Assembly (NCBI GenBank): GCA_032718475.1
Contig: JAUCBJ010008381.1
Span: forward strand, 1-64,000
Direction: 5' to 3'
Source: Nemertoderma westbladi
Taxonomy: Eukaryota; Animalia; Xenacoelomorpha
DNA length: 64,000 nucleotides
Below are positions 50,401 to 64,000 of the stretch, in pieces; position 1 is the stretch's first letter, and every line of letters starts with the position of its first letter. The translations under genes were made by a program, and so were the position numbers. The notes under the pieces are model-generated. The model made no database searches and was not told the DNA's origin. It worked only from the letters and a program-made list of their open reading frames with translations.

Positions 50401-53400
50401 GCCTTCTATATCGGAGGTGAAAGCGATTGAATATTGTCGTAATCTTAAGAGTATTCCCAACAAGGATTGGAGTAAGTTGGGTCCTGTCAACAACTCGGAG
50501 TTAAGGGATTGGCCCATGTAGAGGGCGGAGCCGTCAAATACTACCCGGACTTCGTTGGGTTTACCGGGTTTGGGAACGTAATGATGTGTTAAATAGTACG
50601 TTCTCTCAGTTATGGGTGTTCCTTCCGGTACTCGCTCCGCATATCCCTTGTCAATGAATTTCTTCAGCTGGGTCTTGTACATCTCCTTAGCTGAAGCATT
50701 TGCCGTAAGGCGTCGATGCAGTTGCGCAATTCTCTTCTCCGCCAAGGGTCGGTTGTTTATAATATTGGGTTCTCGCCGTCGGAAAGGCAGACCAATCTCA
50801 TATCTACCTTGATCTTTAAGAAAACGTGTAGTTGTTTCCTGTATCTGCTTGGCTCTTTCTTCTTCTACCGATAGGGCCTTATCGTAGGAATTGGGCTCTA
50901 CAGCCTCCTGAGTAAAGAATCGTATGGCGTGTTCATCACGAGTCTTCGCGTTGTAGCGATCTATCACTTCATTCAGTTCGTCGTTGTAATCGACTTGTTC
51001 CGCTGGATGAATGCGGTGAAATAGGTTCACTTGGTTTTGCCAAGTTTCATTTTCCGTAAGGAGGTCGATGGTATTCTCCTCGTCGAATAGTTGGTGGATA
51101 TCGTCATTATCTGAGGAGTATGGTGTTCCCTCCGGTGGGTCATCTCCCTCACTGCTCTCCTCTTCCCATTCACTCACCTGGTAGACTCGTTCTTTGGGTA
51201 GCCTTTCCATAAGAGTTCTACGGGAAGGTCCAGTAAAGTACCAACCTACTCTATTTCTTCCCGCATAGGTTTGTAGTGGTTGCGGTTGAGCAGGCCGTTT
51301 CTCCAATGTCTCAAGCGCCTCATGCGCATTTTGGCCGATGAGTATTTGCACTCCAGGGTAGTCTGTGTTGAATCTAGGTATCTCATGCTGTTTGGTGAAG
51401 TCGTCCTCATCCCAGTTATAAGGTTCCACTTGGCTGGTAGCGAAGTTCTTTATCGCCACCATTTTTACTGACCTTATACTGTGTTCTCCTAGTTCATCCT
51501 GGGGGTGGACAACGCGCCTACATAATAGTCTGTAGTTACTGTAGATTTCCAAACCTGCATAATTCCTGACATGTTCAACTTAGTTCGGAACTTGGGTTGT
51601 CCAGCAAAGATATCTTCGGCTAGTTCTTTGTCGATGAATGTTCCTGTGCTGCCGGAGTCAAGGAGGGCATTCACTATATAACTCTTTACTGACCCGTGGA
51701 CTCTCAACTGCACTACGGGAAATTCTCGGATTCCTACGTTGGAAGTTGGTGCTTTCCAAGATGGTTGTCGGTCAGGAGTAGTTAGGGGGAACTCACTATC
51801 GGTTTCCTTTTCATACGTAAGTGCTCGATACACTGCGGTATTTATTAGGTAACAAGATTCGTTTTCGTCGGAGAATTCATCCGTATAGAATCCTTCCATC
51901 TCAGAACTTTGGCCAGTGTCGTTCACATCACTGAATTGGACATGTAGTTCGGGCTCACTTACCTGACTCGGGCTGTTTCTTTCGAATTCAGTGTGCAACA
52001 AGATATGATGTTTCGCGCCGCACTTAGCACACCTTGCGTCGGAGTACCAGGTTCGCCGTTGGTGTCCTTGTCTGAGGCAATTATAACGCAACCGCTTATT
52101 CCACATGACTTCACATCTATCTATTAGGGATTTCCTCAGGAATTCATCACACGCACTTAAACGGTGGGGCCCGTCGCACAGCACACATTTTGGTTTGATG
52201 TTACTTACCTTACTTTGGGTAACGTTGTGCACACTCGTTCTTTCCTCGGGCTTTCTTCCATGAATTATCTTAGGAGATGTAGGAGGAGTTTTTCTTACCT
52301 GTTCTCTCCTGTCATTGGTTCGAGACTTAAATTTACTTACGTCTTTAGGCACTTTGTTGACATAGTAAGCTCTTTCAGTGTCTTTCCCGCTGTCCTCCTC
52401 TTGAGAGGCCTGGCTTTCGCCGTCGTCTGTATAACACACTGGTGTTACCTTTCTCCTAGAAACGGGTTTCTCACTTACCTTATTTTCCGGTGTCTTCTCT
52501 CTGGACTGCTTTAGGAGCTGTACTTTTACCTCTCCATCTAAGAATGACATGAGATCAGCCATGGTAGGGTCTCGTCGTTGTTGTTCCATCATATATAACA
52601 CTTTCTTATCCCAGCGTGTACCTACTCCACCCTTTGGTAAAGTAGATGCTACGGCTCCAATAACCATAGAACTCTGATATTCATGAGACTTACCTAGCCA
52701 ATCTAATTGTCTACAGATCTCCTGAATCTCATCGGAAAACTCTATAATCCCGCTGCTAATGAACTTTCGGGGCGCTACCAATTTCGCATACAAATACCTA
52801 GCTATGTTATTCCTATTACCATACCTGATGTTTAGTGTATTCCAAACTTGTCTTAATCCATCTGGATGTCCAATAAACTTTAACGCCATTAACTTGGGAG
52901 ATCCTTCCAAGCACTCGATGAGGAATCTAAGTTTCTCTCCGTTAGATAGCACAGAGTTCTGTATGTTATCTTTATAATATTCATTAAAAGGTAACCATTT
53001 CATCTCATCTCCATTGAACTTGACGATCTCTCCCACCTTTACCGCTTGACGGGCTTCGGTTCTAGCCATTTGACGCATAAAACTTTCTTGGGCCATCGTG
53101 TTATTTAATATCGAGTTATCGGTATATAAATTTCTCGGATTATGATCAGGTCTATATGGAATATCATTGTCAACAGGTTTATAATTACCCTTAATAGGGT
53201 TTACTATAGGAGTTTCTACTTCACTAGCAGTATAGATGCGTGTAGGCTCCACACCTTGCGCATGAAATACTTCAGACCTAACAGGTTGACACATTGTTAC
53301 AGGGGGTGGTGGTATACCCTTTTGTATATTTACTAATTTATCGCGTTCTAACGCAATATTCTGCTGCACTTCTTGCAACTCTAACCTACTTTCCCTTACT

Positions 53401-55525
53401 GTTCCCTTGAACTGTTGAACAGTCTCCTGCATCTGCCCGAGCAGGAGATTCATCCCCCGCCGCCCCTCATCCACCCACTCGACCGCCGAAGCGAGAGCCG
53501 CCAACATAGGAGCGGGTAGACGAGGGACAACGGGCGACAAATCGTTGATATCTCGCTCGGAGTCCAGGACATGAACATTTTCAGGGATGGTTCTGTGGGG
53601 CACAGGTAGCTTAGTGCTGTGCAGAGGGAATTTAGAGGTAAGTTCTGGGAGTACAGGTGTCTCTATCACCAAAGGGGTGGCGTCGAGAACAGGCCTAATT
53701 ATTTCAGGCTCATCTACTATAGTAGGGAGTCTTTCTATTTTAATTATTTGGTCTGTGTGTTCTGTACTACCTAAGTCTGGGTTAGTTAGTTGCCTTCTAA
53801 CAGCTGGGGGCAAATCAGGCAATTTCTGATGGTGGGACATTCTTCTACGTCTGCTTAGACGAGATCTATTTCCTCCGCCTTCAAGATCGGTGGTATCGCC
53901 TTCCTCAGATGATGTATATCCCTGTCGCTTGGGAGTAGATCGACTCATCATCTGCATTTGACTAGCTGTTAACTGTTTATTTATGCAGTCTTGATTCTCC
54001 TGAATGTTTTCCAATTCTAGTTGGGTGGTTTCTTCAGACGCTCTCCGTTCTGCTTCTGCCACTGCTATCTTTCTTTCCGCCTCTGCCGCTTTTCTTTCCG
54101 CTTCTGCCGCTGCCACTGCCGCTTTTTTTTCCACTTCTGCCGCTTTTCTTTCCGCTTCTGCCGTTGCCACTGCCGCTTTTCTTTCCACTTCTGCCGCTTT
54201 TCTTTCCGCTTCTGCCGCTGCCTCTGCCGCCTTTCTTTCCACTTCTGCCGCTTTTCTTTCCGCTTCTGCCGCTGCCTCTGCCGCTTTTCTTTCCACTTCT
54301 GCCGCTTTTCTTTCCGCTTCTGCCGCTGCCACTGCTGTTGCTGCTGTCTTTCTGTCTTCTATACGTTTTTTCTTTACTTGTTCTTCTTGGACCCTAGCGA
54401 TGCGGCTGCTTTCATCAAATTTAGCTTGGTTCGCAGCTAACATTTCCGCATCTATTGCGTCCAGCACAAACTTGGCTCCTTCACTATTAGGACGAAGTCC
54501 AGCCAGCCTTCTCATCAACTCTTCGTCACCTAGAAATCGTTGATAGTCTGACAGATAGATGTCAATAGCGTCCTTCTACTGCGGTTTCTCTGCTGTCGCT
54601 TCGCTTTCCACTTGAGAAAGGTAGCGTCTGTTGATTCTCCGTGGGTTGAGCGCTCAGCCAGCTGAAATTTCCACTGGGCCGTTCCTTGACCCTTGAGACT
54701 CACCCGCTGGAACCAAGTCTTTACGGCAACTTGCAACGACGTGTCTTGTCTTCTTTTCGAAGCTTCCTCAAAGGCCGATAGGATTAGTCTGATTCTTAGA
54801 ATTCTTTCTCGAACTTGATAAAGCAGCTCTCCCTGCTCTTGAGGTCCTTGGGGTTGTTGAAACAGTTGTTCCTCTAATCGCTCCAAAGAGCTGAAGAATC
54901 CCTGTACATATCCTGCTGCCGACCTCTTCCACACAGCTGGATCACTAGTGTCTTTTGTCACTCCCATCCTGTGTAAGTCTTCCCAGGCAGCTTCCGATAA
55001 GTTAAACGGGAGTCCGGGTCCGGGGAAATTCCATTGCGACTCGACAATAGACTTCAGTTCCTACCTTGTGTATCCCGCATAACTGTCCTTGGTCGATCGC
55101 TTACTTCTCGCCCAATCAATTTGGTGTTCCTCCACCGCAATCAATACCCTAGTGAGTACGGCTGCAGGAAGAATGAGAAGGGGATCCGAATAAACCGCAT
55201 CTGCCATCTTTGCTCCGCGCTCGGGTGTCAGCTCTACAGTATCCGAACTACTGGAGCTATCGGGCCGCTGAGAAATAAGTTCTCGGCTCGAGTGTTGCTG
55301 CTGTTTAACAGCTGCTTCTTGGTCCCGCTTGACTTGAGTCCGAGTGCCTATGATAGACCTACGGTGTTTGACTAGTCTAGGGTCTGATACTACTACTGGA
55401 GGGGTGATCTTTCTTACAGTAGGAGGTGAGTTGAACTTCGGTCTCAAACGTTCCACACTCCTATCTGGATCACAGATGGTTGTATCTAGGAGACTGTCTG
55501 ACAGGTTTTGCTTTGTGTCAGACAT
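47465..55525 (-). pseudogene. BEL/Pao gag-pol polyprotein of element 2 (Gag-PR-RT-RNase H-IN), one stop and about three frameshifts
   Basis: Fragments 55061-55525, 54530-54967, 51489-54518, 48016-51552 and 47465-48046. Motifs ALLDSGS, VRVVFDGS, IYMDD, VFGDAS, WTDA, VDLFGP, SDKGTNF, WWGGSWERLI. Confidence 0.95.
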
Positions 55526-57436
55526 GTTTGTTTGTACAGTTGAATGCCTACTGCTATAATTACAGTTAAAGCAAGTCTAATAATTCAGTATCACTGTTAG
55601 CCTAGTAATTAATTACCGATATTGTTACTCTATGTAACATGATATATATACAATATATTAGAATACCGGTATACACTTATAGTATATATAAGTATTATTA
55701 CGGATTAGGTTTGTCACAGAATACCGGTATATAATTTCAGCACAAATATATATAAATATATAATAAGCCTATCGTGAATACCGGTATACAACTTACACTT
55801 ATAGTATATACAAGTATAATTATAGACTAGAATTAATTACAGAACACCAGTATATAATTTCAGCTCAAATTTATAGAAATAAATATAATAAGCCTATTGT
55901 GAATACCGGTATGTCAATTATTTTAGAATAATTGAACTTCTGAATTTTAGGGGTTACTTGGTTACTTTACTTTACTTTATTACCGTTATTTAAGCAGTAG
56001 TCCAACTGATATTAAGACCTAATTGATGTATAACAGGCCTACTATTTTATAAATCTATTTGAGTTGATTTATAATATATATACCCGTATAATGGGTTTTT
56101 GTCAATGTTTGAAATAAATGTTATTATTTCTGGTAAGGAGTCACTTCACAGAAGCTAAACGCTCTCAGTGGAGTGCTACTTATTGTATTGGACACTAAAA
56201 CAAATAATTATAATTTACTAAGTTACTTATTACTACAAATTATGTACAATTGCGGGGTGAGATTACAATCTCTAAATAAACACAAAAAATTACACGTACA
56301 AATTTTAGGGGTAATTTTACAAGAAGTCTAAAAACCAACATAACAAGGGGTTAGAATTTCTGGTTATTACAAACGGACAGGATACTACGGTATTTGAAAA
56401 TAATAAAGCAGTAGTAAATATATTGCGTTGTCTAGATAGGAAAAATACCACCGTCTGACGACTTATAGCCGTAGCGCTATAAGTACTACGTTATGTACCC
56501 GGAGTGTTCCTACCTAGAAGTTAATTACCGCAGCCTACTATAGCTAACGTGCCTATTAACCACTTTACAACACAAATATACTGCCTACACACTAATTACC
56601 TTCGGAAAGCACTGTACACTAAACCCTATATTAGGTACAAGTACTTATACAACAAATAACCAGCAGTTAAAAATACTTGTACAGCTAAAAGAACCACGGT
56701 ATCTACCGGAGTGACCAGAGCATAAAATCACCAGTCTTTACCTACGCCGAACAGCCCTGATGTAGTACCGGGGTTAATTTAACTATAACGGTATGTATAA
56801 CAAGCACAATTACTGTAGGAATAAACTTGGGGTATGTATGTTGCGAATAATCGCATAAACTCTGAATAATAAATATTACGCTACCCGTACAGACTACACA
56901 AACAAAATACAAACCAAATGCTGGCAGACTACTATCAAGCCTAAATAAACTACAGTATATGCAGACTCCGAAATGGTTAGTTAGTATGCGTTCTAACCGA
57001 GTAGTACGACTTATTCTTTCGGGGGGGGGGGGGGGGGGGGGGATTTACCTTACAGCACTGGATGCCCCCACGTTCCTAACTAGTACTTTATCGGACATAC
57101 ACTCTACACACACTGCAATCTCTTCGGACCTGACAACAGCCAGACAACAATCCAGCCTACAAATTATTCGTACAATTTGAGCGGGTTTACACGCCTTCTG
57201 CTCAATATTAACTTACAAATAAATAAAACTGACAGAAATATATAAGCTCCAAAAGAAACAAGGGGTGTACAGTCCCTAATCTCTTAAACAGCGTACCAAT
57301 ATACAATATCACAATCGAAATAATGCTAGTACCTGTACTGCTGTAAGTACCGGTTCGGGTGGTTAGGCAGTTAGGCCTACTGGTTACCGGTCGACCGGTA
57401 CTTTTGCCTTTATTGCCTATGTTGCAATAAAGAAAT

Positions 57437-57448
57437 TATAACTGTTAT
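57437..57448 (-). promoter_or_regulatory. Non-canonical primer-binding site of element 2 (ATAACAGTTATA on the element strand)
   Basis: Abuts the 5' LTR; exact complement of LTR positions 58165-58176. Confidence 0.7.
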
Positions 57449-58617
57449 TGTTCGCGCTTTTAGACCTTTAGCAGTTTAACCTGCCAAATTTAGGTGTCTT
57501 CTAGGTTATAAATGGACTTTAGCCTATAACAAGTATTTGATACACATAAAGTTACATTAGCCAAAGCCAGCCTATGCGCGATCATTCACCCACGGTTAAG
57601 GGAGACTGGATTCGGATGCTCTGACCTTATTGAGGTGTAGGCCTACTGTGCTATTCGATTGATCGTTAATATATAATCTCTGACAAATATTATTCACTTT
57701 CGGGAAATATTAACAGTTCCTTTAGGACGTGGCGCTCTAAGTATGTAAACAGAGTTATGACTTACACTAAACACAACGGGATGGCTAATGATTTTCGTAT
57801 AAAGCGCATTCTTTAGGAAATGGTTTGTTACCTGTCACACTCATGCACACTACCTCACACTGCTGCACACTGATCTGCCAACCTTCACTAAATTTGATCA
57901 TATATAAGGGGAACAACAACTGACACATGTAGGGCCTATGAAATAGCATTAAATTCACTCCAAAACCACTATAATGTAAGTCGCAATTGCTATATGTAAC
58001 CGGTCTCTCTAACCTTCAGTATATCAAGCAGATTGGGGTTTTACGATTATTTATCGATATTCTCCAAATATAACAACATTCCATCAACTGATAACAATTA
58101 ATAACCGACAGTAAATAGCAGTAAAATAATGCGGTGAAAGGTAAGGTGAGTCTGGTATGCCAGGATAACAGTTATACGTTTCTATGATCAAAGCCATTCT
58201 AATGTTTGGCTAAAGTCTGAAACACAGAATAATTCCAAAGCCGATGTTCTGGGCTCAGGAAAAAGGTAAACAAAGACCACAATGCATTGCGCGATTTCCC
58301 GGAGGCTTTTGTGCAAATAAAATGAAAATCGCTCTGATTGGTCGAGTGAGTGAGCCTGAACAAAGAAAGCCAAAAGCTCCACGTCGACATATCAGCTGGT
58401 AGATGTCGTCATCTGAACTACACTGTATTAAGAGTATTTTGGCGTGTTGCGGCATAAAATGGCTTGTTATGTCCGCTAAAGTACACATACAGAAAAATGG
58501 CTTTTTATGTCCACTAAAACACTTACACAGTAAGAAAACGGCTTTTTATGTCCGCTAAAACACCTACAGAGTACTTTGCGGGGTAAATGACTAGTTATAT
58601 CCGCAAAAGCCTTTACA
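57449..58617 (-). repeat. 5' LTR of element 2
   Basis: TG...CA; matches 42682-42820 + 45229-46258. Confidence 0.97.
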
Positions 58618-59267
58618 ATCTATATTGCCTGGCTAATCATACATAAACAAATTGTTCCAGAATATTGTGTATTTATTAAATAGAATAAATGGCCTGCAGT
58701 GAACAATAATTCTTGCAATCTTTGAATGCCTATTTCTCAGCTGTTTCTCAACGAAATTCAGACATTGTTACATATTTGGAATCCTTGCAACGCAAGCGTT
58801 CTATTGATGTGAAAAAATTACGACTAAAGTGAAGAATGGCAATGATACAGAGGGTGCGATTTCGCAAAAGACACTTTTTTAAAACGCTTATAAATAAAAT
58901 TTGAAGCCGAAATCGAAAATTCCGGCTTCATGGTAACAATCACGGTGAGTTGAACTAATTGTGTTTCAAATTTCAAACAATATGATAAAGATTTGTAGGA
59001 AAATTTGGGGGGGGGGGGGGGGTCCGTGTCATCAGAAAATGACACTATATTACGGGTCATGGTGTACAATAATTTAGATTTCGTATCATTACCTTTTACC
59101 ATGATTTCCGATACAAAGATGAAATAAATGGTACAATAAATTTTTTCTTCCAAATTGCAGGTGAAGATGTCTGCGTTTACACCGTGTGCTGGTGTAGGTA
59201 TACAAATATAATAATTATGAATAAATATGATATCATGAATGGGAGAACGTTTAGCCTCATTAAGCCA

Positions 59268-59520
59268 AAGAATGCCTGTTCACCACCACTGGTGATATTC
59301 CACAGTAAACCCTTCCACTCTGTTTCCTAAAGGAATGCCTGTTCACCACCACTGGTGATATTCCACAGTAAACTCTTCCACTCTGTTTCCTAAAGGAATG
59401 CCTGTTGACCACCACTGGTGATATTCCACAGTAAACCCTTCCATTCTGTTTCCTAAAGGAATGCCTGTTCACCACCATGGGTTATCTTCCACAGTAAACC
59501 CTTCCACTCTGTTTCCCAGG
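59268..59520. repeat. Minisatellite, ~63 bp unit, paralog of 11062-11370
   Basis: About 4 tandem copies; explains the repetitive ORF 59260-59478. Confidence 0.9.
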
Positions 59521-61458
59521 TTACCTTGTTTCACATTTATCAACCAGTCACGGATGAAAGCCTGGGTCGGGCTTGGCTGCAGCATTTAATGCAATGCGCC
59601 TAAACAGGTCACAATACTGTAATTCAAGCCCATTCACACCTGGTGAATGTATTTTAAGAAGAAATAGATGAGACTTACAGTTACTTTACTAGCCAGTGCG
59701 TATATCTGCTTTCCAGAAATGGTATACCGAGTAACTGAAAGTGAGTAACTGGAGTTGCCGCTGGGGAATATACAGGGACGGTTTATGGATTTTCGTCGGG
59801 CCCCCGCCAGTTCTAACTTACGGGCCCCAACCCCCCCCCCCCCCCCCCCCCATCCTAAACCCCTCACCCACACAAATTGCAAAAAAAAATTGTACCCCGT
59901 TGGCAAAAATTAATAATTATTAATAATAAATATTAAATTTTTACGGAATTCCATATTGTTGTTTTCAAGCACATAAAGGTTAGCCCCAAGTCAATTTTTT
60001 CAGATTTTCCTTTTTTTCCTAAAATTACACCATCTAAAAGACGACAATTCTATATTTAGGTACGACTGAAATACTGACATCGTTCAGGCGTTGCGTAGTT
60101 ACATACTGGGAAATAAAGTGGGAATGTGATATAAAGTTGAAAAATATACCGGAAATCAACATTATACATAAGACATCATTAGACATAACAATTGCCGTAG
60201 GCCTACTTCAAACAAAAGGGCATTTTCCTATCCTTTTGTGACTACTGAATATTACTGATGATTTCAGAAAAAGCTGAATTGAAAATAAATGTACATAAAT
60301 GTGGTAACACAGAATGAACAGGCATGGCCTACGAACAGGTCTCTGGTTAATGTGTAAACAGTTTAACCCTATTAAACCCGGGGGGTTCAATATGACCCCC
60401 ACCCCTGTGGTTTTTTTGTTATAACTCTGAAATAAACGCATTTGGGAATCTGAAATTTTATGACTTTTCCTAAAAATCTATTGTTTACATACTGGTTAAA
60501 ACGTTTTTAAAAATATTGGGAACCTTTCGAGTTATAGCAACATTTTTTAACCCAACTTTTGGTGTTTGCAATTAGATGTATTTCATATAAATTAATTTAG
60601 AAATTTCAAACTTGTTTTTTTCGGCGGGTGCCAAATTTTGGTGCAGTGTGCAAAATTTGATGACAGCCTGAAATTCTGACAATTCAATTGTTCAATTGCT
60701 TGTGACAACTTATTTCTCGCATTTTAGAGATTTATGGCGGTTCTGAATTCAATGGAATTAATAATTATCCAACTAGACATCTGAAACTTGTATTTATCGA
60801 AAGTGGGTGCAAAATTTGGTGTTAGCACCAAATTTTGAAAACCATCAAATATATAAATTGATTGTGTTACCTTGTTTCTTGCGTTATACAGTACGGGTTT
60901 GTGAGGGTTCTAAATTCAATGGTAAAAACTGTTAATAAAATAGTGTAAATAAGTAAAAACTGCATAATAGTTTTCGAACTTGTAATTTTCACGGTGGGTG
61001 AAAATTGTTGTGACAGCACCAAATTTTTGAAAATAAGCATATTGATCAAAAGGTAGATCATCTTGTTTCTTGCGTTATACGGGTTTATGAGGGTCCTGAA
61101 TCCGATGGAATGGAATCAATAAAAACAGAACTGGACATCTTATACTTGTACTTTTTGGAGATGGGTATGAAATTTGGTGCTAGTACCAAAATTTGCCATA
61201 TTATGCCGAAAAGTACAAGTAGCATTGATCTGGCAAATTTATTCCATTAGAATCAGCGCCCCAGAAAAAAACCTGAAAATGTGAATTTATAGCATCGTAT
61301 ATAGTATATTCAAAAATTTGTGTTCAAACTAATAAGTGCTGGTTACTTGTTTTTTTTTTTTTTTTCATTTTTTGCCTACGTAGAGGACTTAAACAGCCAT
61401 TTATAGTAATTAGATCATTTTTAAATATATTCCAATTGATTTAAAAGAATAGATTTAC

Positions 61459-62651
61459 CGGGTAAATCTTTTCGACCTACGCGTAGGCCTACGCGTAGCT
61501 ACGCGTAGCTACGCGTAGCTACGCGTAGTTTGTAACTTCCATTCCTGTCATTTACCGGTAGGGCCAGACTTACTGCCTTTTTTACAACTACGCGTAGGTG
61601 TTTTAAAACTACGCGTAGTTATTTTGGAACTACGCGTAGGTATTTTGAAACTACGCGTAGGTGCTACGCGTAGCTACGCGTAGGTGCTACGCGTAGCAGT
61701 CCTGATAACTATGATTTTTCATTTCAGGTCCGGTAGGGTTGAGTTGTTAGGCAAGTATCGGTACATGTCAGGTATCTGATTATCAGACAAATGTAATATC
61801 AGAATCGGAAACTCATATCTCTACATACAGCACTGGTAATAAATAATATTCGGCTCTTTCACATACAAACACAGAGGATGAATAAAAAGTAAACTTAAAA
61901 TTCACGTCTCATGATTCAAGTATCTTTGTTTCCATTGGATTATTTAAATATTGAACAGTAGTAAATAAAGCGATCAGTCTACCGGTGAAGAAGTTAAGCG
62001 AAAGCTGATAAATACTGCATATAATCAAATTGTTTGGTCAAATGACAAGTGCAACCAATCATGGTAGACAATTTAGTCTCCCCCTTCCCTTGTCAAGGGG
62101 TTAACATATTAAAAACAGTATATCCTAGTTGCCCTATCGTGAACAAAGGCAATAAAAAGCATTAGAGAATCGATAAGAACCATCGGCCTATTTCCTTTGT
62201 AAACTATTTTTGAACTCTAAACATTAATTATTAACACATTTTACCGCCCGCAACGCATGAAGTGAAGAATATGTAGTTTTCGCGTATTCCTCTATATAGA
62301 GTATACAGGTATAGGATACATTACTGTTGAAAGCATTTGATGGTTGTGGGTTGTTTATTGAACATACGGTATTGTGTCTTATTTTAGTACGACTCGCTTG
62401 GAATACGTAAGCCTACTAATGATAAACGACGTATATGCATAGTTATGGGTAGCACCTATGCGTAGGTCGCGTAGGACCTACGCGTAGCTACGCGTAGCAC
62501 CTACGCGTAGCTACGCGTAGCACCTACGCGTAGTTATTGTTAAAACTCTGAAACTGGTGATATATGACCCAATGTTGCGAACTACGCGTAGCTACGCGTA
62601 GCTACGCGTAGCTACGCGTAGGCCTACGCGTAGGTCGAAAAGATTTACCCG
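61459..62651. mobile_element. MITE-like element with TIRs and arrays of the palindrome CTACGCGTAG
   Basis: CGGGTAAATCTTTTCGACCTACGCGTAGG... / ...CCTACGCGTAGGTCGAAAAGATTTACCCG; no TSD found. Confidence 0.8.
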
Positions 62652-62689
62652 CCCTTCCCAGACGTCACGATCACATCACATCCGATAGT

Positions 62690-63609
62690 CAGACAGTACA
62701 ACAGATTGCTGTAGGCCTAACCTACTGCAGTACTGCAGTACTGGCCTATATCAGTATATTATTATTACCGTAATATTGCTGTATGATTGTCTGATTGTTG
62801 TATTCAAGGACTTCAGAAGTCCTTGGTTGTATTATATTACATATTACAGTAGGCCCATTACAATACCTATTTACTGGTATTTAATCTGCAGCCCTGCAGC
62901 CTGCACGGCTGTCCTGCTGTCAGAGTGGGGTATTAATATTACCGTACCGGTAGGCCTACCGTCTGATCGTACAGTCGTATTACCGGTAGGCCTATCTGCC
63001 TATTCTGGTATTACTACGGTAAGACGGTAGGCCTACCAGGCAGCCAGGGTACAGGGGTACCGGTATACGGGTATAGTTACACAGTACAGCAGTAGCGTAT
63101 CGCGTATCGCACTCCTTTCCGGTCAGCCGCCAGAAGGTGGAAGGTTGAAGGTACCACTGTCCACTGTCTGACTGTATACTGCAGTACGGTGTACTGTCAA
63201 CTGTACTACATACAGACATAGGCTGATAGGCCTACCGCTGTACCGGTACTACCTAATTCTGTAATTACCGATTTCCGGTAGTGCCTGAGCCTCAGAGCCT
63301 GACAGCTCGATCACGACCAGTCGATGCCTATCACTGAACACTGAAGCCTTCTGGCATTAATTAAATTAAATTTATTTAATTTAAATCAGCAGTCAGACAG
63401 ACAGACAGAGACAGACAACTGTCGGTAGGTACCAGACAGACTGTGGACTGCCACTCGCCAGTACTGCAGTACTGACAGACTTCATGGACTTTGAGTGAGC
63501 GAAGGTTGGAGGTAGACCTTCACACTGACACTGACTGGCTGATTCTGTTCTAGGCTGATAGGCCTACGTCAGACGCTGCCCTCCCAGTAATTAGTCACAG
63601 GACAGGACA
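62690..63609 (+). promoter_or_regulatory. Probable promoter / 5' region of the LRRFIP gene, rich in short palindromes
   Basis: GC-richer stretch directly upstream of the ATG, dense in TAGGCCTA, TACCGGTA, CTGCAG and CAGTACTG. Confidence 0.4.
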
Positions 63610-63779
63610 ATGAGTAAAGATATTGGAAGTGGGACGAACAAGCGGAGTCGATTATCTAAAGGCCTTTCGACGGAACGAGATTTTAGTGCTGAGGATCAAG
63701 CTTTAGGGAAAATCAACAAGGAGGCTGACGAGAAGTTGGCCGTAAAGAAGGCAGCGAGAGCCGAAGCTCGGGATATAAG
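63610..63779 (+). CDS. LRRFIP2: First coding exon of a leucine-rich repeat flightless-interacting protein (LRRFIP1/2) homolog
   Basis: [34 protein letters not shown] matches the LRRFIP2 N-terminus as recalled ([34 protein letters not shown]). Similarity stops at AG|GTTATT, followed by AT-rich intron-like DNA. Confidence 0.8.
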
Positions 63780-64000
63780 GTTATTATATTACTGTTATAA
63801 TTGAATCAATAGATCCCGTATGCCGTAGGTGTATAGGCTACTGGCTTCCTTAGCCCTTACAAACTTGAGTTTAGGAGTAGTTACGAGTTACCATATGTCT
63901 TATTTATCTTTTATTTATTTATTTATTATAACAGTCTGACAGTATAATTAACAATTTGCAGATTTAGGCCTACTACATTTCTACATACAATGTAGTTGTA

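Larger units (their letters stand above)
42682..58617 (-). mobile_element. BEL/Pao LTR retrotransposon 2, full-length but decayed
   Basis: 1169-bp LTRs (3' LTR 42682-46258 including the LINE; 5' LTR 57449-58617); TSD ATCTA (42677-42681 and 58618-58622); roughly 20 LTR mismatches by eye. Confidence 0.97.
42219..59064. mobile_element. TA-flanked foldback-like transposon B (~900 bp; arms 42219-42681 and 58623-59064) split by BEL element 2
   Basis: About 400 bp inverted arms starting CACCATGACCCGTAATATAGTGTC; the mirror ORFs 42251-42457(+) and 58824-59153(-) are a by-product. Confidence 0.92.

Noticed and set aside
60363-62104. piggyBac-like element from TTAACCCT (60363) to AGGGGTTAA (62104)
   Set aside because: The ends match for only a few bases beyond TTAA; the left end may be a real remnant but the pair is unsupported.

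Overview
AT-rich animal (probably invertebrate) nuclear DNA, mostly transposons. (1) An ~8 kb unit is duplicated: copy A 3156-11370; copy B starts at 18669 and is stretched to ~59520 by insertions. Each copy carries a two-exon minus-strand gene missed by the ORF track, encoding a small secreted 10-Cys Ly6/uPAR/three-finger-like protein ending C-x-x-D-L-C-N-stop. In exon 2 the paralogs differ only by amino-acid-changing mutations. (2) Two related full-length BEL/Pao LTR retrotransposons with 5-bp TSDs: 26239-38439 (young, internally deleted, Gag-PR only) and 42682-58617 (complete but decayed, with an RTE LINE in its 3' LTR). Neither has a tRNA-type PBS. Instead, the 11-12 nt next to the 5' LTR are the exact reverse complement of a conserved motif inside the LTR, as in Tf1-type self-priming. 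Both also carry a non-env accessory ORF region before the 3' LTR. (3) A rearranged third BEL/Pao family, other LINE fragments, MITEs and minisatellites. (4) A frameshifted 5' fragment of DDX1 at the left end and the first coding exon of an LRRFIP1/2 homolog at the right end. All alignments and counts were done by eye.
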